In this document: piece after piece, positions 58,620 to 64,000 of the stretch
How positions within the stretch are numbered: position 1 is the first letter of the stretch
How the letters are laid out: each line of letters starts with the position of its first letter
Program-made: the position numbers and the translations under genes
Origin: Dehalococcoidia bacterium
GTDB taxonomy: Bacteria > Chloroflexota > Dehalococcoidia > UBA2979
Assembly: GCA_965262725.1 (NCBI GenBank)
Contig: OZ253555.1
Span: 3,200,001-3,264,000, forward strand
Reading direction: 5' to 3'
Length of the DNA stretch: 64,000 nt
The notes under the pieces: generated by a model
What the model saw: the letters and a program-made list of their open reading frames with translations, nothing else
What the model was told of the DNA's origin: nothing
Databases searched by the model: none

Positions 58620-59555
58620 GTGATCAATGACACGAGGGATGGAAGCGGCGGCGAGGCGGGGATGGAGCCGATCGGTTCCGCGGACCACCCGGCGTGCGCG
58701 CCCGCAGACCGCCCCGCACCCGACGAGGGCGAGCCGGGCTCCCGCGCCGCCGCGGTCGAGCGCGCCCGCAGCCTGCTGGGGGAGAATCCCTGGGCGGGGG
58801 CCACCGAGCGCATCACCCTCTGGCTGGTGAGCCCACCCCGCGGCATCGCCCACCCCGCGCGCCCACCGGTGGAGGTGTGGCTCGCCATCGACCGACCGAC
58901 GGCTCAGACGCTCGGCGTCGACGGCCAGAGGCTCTACGTCGAGGGCGCAATCGCGCGCGACCTCCCCCCGTCTGACGGCGACGCCGGATGCCGCGCCTCC
59001 CTCTTCACCGCGGAGGCCCTGGCCTCACTGCTCTCGGGCGAGGGGCGGCGGGCGTTCGAGGCACGCTGGAGCCTCTCCCACGCCCAGCTGCTCTTCGATC
59101 GCCTTGGGCGCCACGAGCGGTTCCTCGCCGAGTCGGCCCGGAGCCCGGTAGGCGCTGCGGAGCGCGCGCTCCGCGGCGCCTATCTCGCGGCGGCGGGGGC
59201 GCTCCCCGCACTCTCCGCGCCCGGGGGCGACGGAGGCGGCCTGGAGACCCTCCCGGCGGCAGGCGAGGCGGCGGCTGCGCTGGCGCGCCTCGCCTGCCTG
59301 CTCGACGAGAGCAGCCACCCCCCGCTCCCGTGGCTGCTGGCAGCGGCACGCGACACACGCCTCGGCCGGAGGCTCCAGAGCTGGTTCGACGATCTCGTCG
59401 CCTCGCTCGCTGGCAACGAGGCCGCAGCGCGCCGCGTCGCGAGCACCCGCGAGGCGGTCCTCGATCAGGCACGCACCCTGGTCCAGCACCGCCTCGGCGA
59501 GCGGCCGTGGCTGCGCGAGCCCGCGAGCTTCATGCTGAATCCCCGCCGCTCCTGA
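58620..59555 (+). CDS. Hypothetical protein
   Basis: 311-aa ORF with plausible codon usage, preceded by an extended -10 (TGCTAGGGT); no family recognised. Confidence 0.6.
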   Translation: MINDTRDGSGGEAGMEPIGSADHPACAPADRPAPDEGEPGSRAAAVERARSLLGENPWAGATERITLWLVSPPRGIAHPARPPVEVWLAIDRPTAQTLGVDGQRLYVEGAIARDLPPSDGDAGCRASLFTAEALASLLSGEGRRAFEARWSLSHAQLLFDRLGRHERFLAESARSPVGAAERALRGAYLAAAGALPALSAPGGDGGGLETLPAAGEAAAALARLACLLDESSHPPLPWLLAAARDTRLGRRLQSWFDDLVASLAGNEAAARRVASTREAVLDQARTLVQHRLGERPWLREPASFMLNPRRS

Positions 59556-59628
59556 TCCGGGCGACGGCGCGTGGGGATCGACCCCCGCGCAGGCGACCGG
59601 GGGTTGCGGCGGCGGGGAGGGCCAGCGA

Positions 59629-60912
59629 CTACCGCTTCGGTGCCGTTCCCCCGGTGCCCGGGGGCGCGGACGCGGGGTCGTCGCCCCGCGCCGACCCCGC
59701 GGCGAGCGCGGGAGCCTCGACGCCTCCGAAGAGCTCGTAGGAGAGCCGTTCCCGCAGCGTGTCGATTCCCCAGCCGCGGATCGCCGAGGTCAGCACGAAC
59801 CCGATCGGGGGCTTCACGCTCCCGCCCCCGCCGTCTCCGAGCTCGGGGAGTTCCCCGGCGTCGCCGCGTGCCGCGCCGGGCCGGCCGTCGGACTTGCTCA
59901 GGGCGACGAGCCGGGGCAGATGGCCGAGCCCCAGGTCGGCCAGGGTCGCCTCCACGGTCGACACCTGCATCTCGGCGGTCGGCGAGGTGACGTCGACGAT
60001 GTGCAGCAGAAGGTCGGCCGATTCCAGCTCCTCCAGGGTCGCCCGGAAGGCGGAGATCAGCTGCGGGGGGAGCTTCTGCATGAACCCGACCGTATCGGTG
60101 AGCAAGAAGGCGAGGCCCGGCGGGATGCCCGGTCCGCCGGCGGCGACGCGGCGCGTGGTCGGGTCCAGCGTCGCGAACGGCTGGTCGGCGATGAGCACGT
60201 CGGCCCCGGCCAGGGCGCGCAGCAGCGAGGACTTCCCGGCGTTTGCGTAGCCGACCAGGGCGACGACGGGGATCCCCTGCCGCGCGCGGCGCCGGCGGTG
60301 GAGGGCCCGCTGCCGCCGCACCGCTTCGAGGCGACGCTGCAGCCGCGCGATGCGTCCGCCGATCAGCCGCCGGTCCGTCTCGAGCTGCGTCTCTCCGGGC
60401 CCGCGTGCGCCGATCGCACCCTCCAGCCGCTCGAGGTGCTCCCACTGCCCGCGCAGCCTGGGGAGCAGGTAGCGATGCTGCGCGAGTTCGACCTGCAGCG
60501 CCGCCTCGTGGCTCCGCGCTCGCGAGGCGAAGATGTCGAGGATCAGCGCGCTGCGGTCGAGCACCTTGACGTCGAGCTCGCGCTCGAGCCGGAGCTGCTG
60601 CGCCGGCGAGAGCGGATCGTCGACGAGCACGAGCGTGTAGCCGAGCTCCCCGCGCGCCGCCCGTACCTCCTGGAGCTTCCCCCCGCCGACGTACGTGGCA
60701 GGGTCGGGATGATCCCGGCGCTGCAGCGTCCGGCCGACCACGACCGCTCCCGCCGCCTCGGCGAGCCCGGCGAGCTCCTCGAGCGACTCGTCGCCCGGCA
60801 TCTCACCCGGGGCCGGGCGCTCTCGCCGCGACTCGACCGCGACCAGGTAGGCGCGCTCCCTCGCGGGCGCGGTCGGACGCGTGGGCGGCGGGCCCGGCGA
60901 GCCGCCTCCCAC
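59629..60912 (-). CDS. hflX: GTPase HflX
   Basis: SLEELAGLA, LILDIF, GPGETQLETDRR, GYANAGKSS, FATLDPT, DTVGF. Confidence 0.96.
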   Translation of the reverse strand: MGGGSPGPPPTRPTAPARERAYLVAVESRRERPAPGEMPGDESLEELAGLAEAAGAVVVGRTLQRRDHPDPATYVGGGKLQEVRAARGELGYTLVLVDDPLSPAQQLRLERELDVKVLDRSALILDIFASRARSHEAALQVELAQHRYLLPRLRGQWEHLERLEGAIGARGPGETQLETDRRLIGGRIARLQRRLEAVRRQRALHRRRRARQGIPVVALVGYANAGKSSLLRALAGADVLIADQPFATLDPTTRRVAAGGPGIPPGLAFLLTDTVGFMQKLPPQLISAFRATLEELESADLLLHIVDVTSPTAEMQVSTVEATLADLGLGHLPRLVALSKSDGRPGAARGDAGELPELGDGGGGSVKPPIGFVLTSAIRGWGIDTLRERLSYELFGGVEAPALAAGSARGDDPASAPPGTGGTAPKR

Positions 60913-61089
60913 GGGGGGCGCCGGAAGCCGGGGCGGAAGGCTGCGCTGACGCTTCCTCGGTGCTATCTCGGCTCGCCTCCGACGCGCGCCGCCCGCGGGC
61001 GGGTGCCATCACTATACGGGTCTGCACGTAGACGCCGAGCGCGGCCGGGTCGCGCACCGGGCTGCGGGGCCCCGAGGGCGGCGCCCGAC

Positions 61090-62268
61090 CTACGCCCGGC
61101 CGGAGCGGCGGGCGAACGCGGCAAGCCGCGAGAGCCCCTCGTCGAGCCTCTCGTCGGGGAGCGTCAGCGAGAGGCGGACGTATCCCTCCCCGGCCTCCCC
61201 GTAGGCAATCCCCGGCGTGACGACGACGCCCGTCTCGTTGAGCAGCCGCTCCGCGAACGCCGCCGAGGAATGCTCCCCCTCGGGAAGCCTCGCCCACACG
61301 TAAAGCGAGGCGCTGGGAGGATCGACGTCCAGCCCGAGCGCGCGCAGCGCCTCGACGGCCCGGTCGCGGCGTCGCTGGTAGATAGCGTTGTGCCTCTCGA
61401 TCTCATGGAGCGGTCCCTCGAGGGCAGCGATCGCCATCTCCTGGATCGCCTGCGGGATCCCCGAGTCGAGATTCGACTTCACGCGCGTCAGCGCGTCGAT
61501 GAGCGTCGGATTCCCGACCGCCATAGCGACCCTCCAGCCGGTCATGTTGAACGACTTCGAGAGCGAGTTGAACTCGATCGCCACCTCGCGTGCCCCGTCG
61601 ACCTCCAGGATCGATGGCGCGACGTAGCCGTCGAAGGTCACGTCGGCGTACGCGAGATCGTGCGCGATCCAGATATCGCGGCGGCGCGCCCACGCGACGG
61701 CGCGGGCGAAGAACGCCTCGTCGGCGACCGCGCCGGTGGGGTTGTTGGGGTAGTTGAGCCAGAGCAGCCGCGCCTGCGCGGCGACCGAGTCCGGCACCTC
61801 CTCGAGACGCGGAAGCCAGCCGTCCTCTTCGCGCAGCGGGAGCCGCACCACCTCGGCGCCAGCGAACATCGCTCCCACCTCGTAGACGGGGTAGCCGGGA
61901 TCGGTCACCAGCACGACGTCACCCGGGTCGGCGACGCAAAGGGGGAGGTGCCCGATCCCCTCCTTCGAGCCGATCAGCGAGACGACCTCGGCATCGGGGT
62001 CGAGCGGGACGCCATGACGGCGGCGATACCACGCCGCCACGGCGGCGCGAAGGGTTGGCAGCCCTTCCGTCTCGGGGTAGCGGTGGTTCGCCGGGTCGTC
62101 GGCGGCACGCTTCAGCGCGTCGAGAATGTGCCCGGGCGTCGGCAGATCGGGGTCGCCGATACCGAAGGAGATGACGTCGACGCCCTCGGCGCGCTTCTGC
62201 GCGATCAGCTGTGAGATGCGCGCGAAGAGGTACGGCGGGAGTCGCTCCACCCGCTTGGAGAGCCTCAC
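61090..62268 (-). CDS. dapL: LL-diaminopimelate aminotransferase
   Basis: PPYLFA, GIGDPD, GSKEG, NYPNNPTG, DLAY, SLSKSFNMTGWR; adjacent to dapF. Confidence 0.88.
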   Translation of the reverse strand: MRLSKRVERLPPYLFARISQLIAQKRAEGVDVISFGIGDPDLPTPGHILDALKRAADDPANHRYPETEGLPTLRAAVAAWYRRRHGVPLDPDAEVVSLIGSKEGIGHLPLCVADPGDVVLVTDPGYPVYEVGAMFAGAEVVRLPLREEDGWLPRLEEVPDSVAAQARLLWLNYPNNPTGAVADEAFFARAVAWARRRDIWIAHDLAYADVTFDGYVAPSILEVDGAREVAIEFNSLSKSFNMTGWRVAMAVGNPTLIDALTRVKSNLDSGIPQAIQEMAIAALEGPLHEIERHNAIYQRRRDRAVEALRALGLDVDPPSASLYVWARLPEGEHSSAAFAERLLNETGVVVTPGIAYGEAGEGYVRLSLTLPDERLDEGLSRLAAFARRSGRA

Positions 62269-63167
62269 AGGGCGCTCTCCTCAAAGGGCCACTCCGCACT
62301 GAAGACGTGCGCGACCGGCCCGTCGAGGAGGACCTCGCCCTCACCATCCCAGCTCACGGTGACCTCGCCCCCGGGGAGCCGCACCGTCACGGTATCGTCG
62401 ACCAATCCATGCAGACGAGCCGCGACCACGGCGGCGCAGGCGCCGGAGCCGCAAGCCTGCGTCTCGCCCACGCCGCGCTCCCACACCCGCATCTCGAGTG
62501 CGCCTCTCCCCTCCACGCGCGCGAACTCGACATTGGTCCGGTGCGTGAAGAGCGGGTGGTGCTCGACGGCCGGTCCGACCCGCGCGACCGGGTAGGCCTG
62601 AGGTGGCCCGTCCAGGAAGGCGACGGCGTGCGGGTTGCCCATCGAGACCAGCGTAAGGGAGAGCCCGACCTCGCGGCCGCCCTCCGGCGTCACGGCGAGA
62701 GGCAGGTCGAGCACCGGTGGCGGCCCCTCGAGGGCGGCTCCGATCGCCGCGGGCTCGAACGCGGGGCGCCCCATCGAGACGCGAACGGCCGTTACCTCGC
62801 CCCGGTCGTCGCGCCGCGTCTCCGCGGCCAGCACCCCGGAGATCGTCTCGACCCGCACGCGCCCGTCGGACGCCTCCACGAGGCGGCGGTCGAGCAGGTA
62901 GCGCACGAAGCAGCGGATCCCGTTCCCGCACATCTCCGCCTCGGATCCGTCGGCGTTGAAGATGCGCATCCGCCGGTCGGCAACGGCGGAGGGGAGCACC
63001 AGAAGCAAACCGTCCGCGCCAACCCCCCGGTGGCGGTCGCAGATCGCGCGCGCGAGCGCGGGCCACGCCGCCTCGTCGCTCGCGGGCCCGGAGGGCGGCG
63101 GCTCGGCGACGACGAAGTCGTTCCCCGCGCCATGCATCTTCCAGAAGGGCAGGCTCGTGCGCGTCAT
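62265..63167 (-). CDS. dapF: Diaminopimelate epimerase
   Basis: KMHGAGNDF, GADG, NADGSEAEMCGNG, MGNPH, ERGVGETQACGSG. Confidence 0.96.
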   Translation of the reverse strand: MTRTSLPFWKMHGAGNDFVVAEPPPSGPASDEAAWPALARAICDRHRGVGADGLLLVLPSAVADRRMRIFNADGSEAEMCGNGIRCFVRYLLDRRLVEASDGRVRVETISGVLAAETRRDDRGEVTAVRVSMGRPAFEPAAIGAALEGPPPVLDLPLAVTPEGGREVGLSLTLVSMGNPHAVAFLDGPPQAYPVARVGPAVEHHPLFTHRTNVEFARVEGRGALEMRVWERGVGETQACGSGACAAVVAARLHGLVDDTVTVRLPGGEVTVSWDGEGEVLLDGPVAHVFSAEWPFEESAL

Positions 63168-63204
63168 CGCTCCCCGCAGGCTCCTCGATCGCGGCGCTGT
63201 GATG

Positions 63205-64000
63205 CTATCGCACAGCCACCACAGAGGCCGGACCGCCCCACGCTTCGAGCGTGGGCGCGAGCCGACTCGCCTCCTCCAGCAGCGTGCTCGTAACCCGGGT
63301 GCCATCGCGAGCGTCCACCCAGCGGATTCGCGGATCGGCCGCCCGGAACCAGGTCGACTGCTGCCGGATCAGACGATGCGTCTCCGTCCTGGTGCGCGCC
63401 AGCGCCTCCTCGGCGCTCCACGCACCCTCGACCACGCGCGCCGCCTCCCGGTAACCGACCGAAGCCAGCGCCGGGAGGGATCGGCCGTAACCGCGGAGGA
63501 GGGCGCGCGTCTCCTCGACGAGTCCGCCCGCATAGATGGAGGCGGCGCGCTCGTCCGCGCGCGCGTACAGCTCCGAGCGCGGTCGGCGGAGGCCCACGGC
63601 ACGCCAGGAGACGCCGGGATCGCCCCTCTCAAGGGGCGGCACCGGCGCGCCGGTCGTCTCCACGATCTCGATCGCCCGCATCAGGCGGCGCGCGTTGCGT
63701 TCGCCGATCCGGGTCGCCGAGGCCGGGTCGACGCGGGCGAGCCGCTCGCCGAGCGCCTGCACCCCCGCCCGCGCCGCCAGCGCCTCCAGCTCGGCACGGA
63801 GCACAGGGTCCGGCGGAACCGCCGGCACTCGCCACCCCTCGAGCAGCGCCCAGGCGTACTGGCCGGTGCCAGCGACGAGGAGCGGCAGGCGTCCCCGCTC
63901 GTGGCAGGAGGCGATGGCGGCGCGGGCCGCCTGGAGCCAGTCTGCGAGCGTCCACGGAGCGTCGGGCTCGACGATGCCGACGACGTGGTGGGGGACGGCG
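63205..64000 (-). CDS. miaA: tRNA dimethylallyltransferase, 5' end outside the window
   Basis: VPHHVVG, PLLVAGTGQY, DP.SA.RI..N.RRLMRAIE, SVGYRE, RQQSTWFR. Confidence 0.93.
   Translation of the reverse strand, partial: AVPHHVVGIVEPDAPWTLADWLQAARAAIASCHERGRLPLLVAGTGQYAWALLEGWRVPAVPPDPVLRAELEALAARAGVQALGERLARVDPASATRIGERNARRLMRAIEIVETTGAPVPPLERGDPGVSWRAVGLRRPRSELYARADERAASIYAGGLVEETRALLRGYGRSLPALASVGYREAARVVEGAWSAEEALARTRTETHRLIRQQSTWFRAADPRIRWVDARDGTRVTSTLLEEASRLAPTLEAWGGPASVVAVR

Noticed and set aside
60905-61016. Possible frameshifted N-terminal extension of hflX from an ATG near 61009 through a C6 run
   Set aside because: The extension is low-complexity, the ATG sits directly beside the putative -10, and hflX is complete from GTG 60912

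Overview
Very GC-rich bacterial chromosome segment, gene-dense and mostly housekeeping or metabolic. Gene content suggests Chloroflexota (Dehalococcoidia/SAR202-like); this is inference from the DUF5679-type zinc ribbon, dapL, several LLM oxidoreductases and Tat lipoproteins. Order: rbfA(3')-truB; small Zn-ribbon protein; LysR divergent from a six-gene inositol-lipid cluster (ino1, two PatA-like acyltransferases, PHP phosphoesterase, PimA-like GT4, PIP-synthase-like CDP-alcohol transferase); prfB with a +1 frameshift; folD; acpS-nnr-fabD-fabF-fabF-recJ; CYTH-CHAD; RRM protein; MscS/CBS/MgtE; phoB-phoR-Pho box-pstCAB-phoU (no pstS); a catabolic block of hydrolases and oxidoreductases; tRNA-Arg(TCT) with a degenerate 3' duplicate enclosing a ~2.6 kb integrase-less islet that carries an orphan ABC substrate-binding lipoprotein; tRNA-Lys(TTT) followed by an IS21 istB remnant; an EthD-MmgE/PrpD-hydrolase-aminotransferase cluster; korAB behind a long, apparently structured leader; queD; wrbA-like; hflX-dapL-dapF-miaA. 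No CRISPR array, rRNA or intact mobile element was seen. Best leads: the PIM-like glycolipid cluster with two extra enzymes, the candidate structured RNA upstream of korA, and the tRNA-Arg islet. All family calls come from motif recognition by eye, not from database searches.
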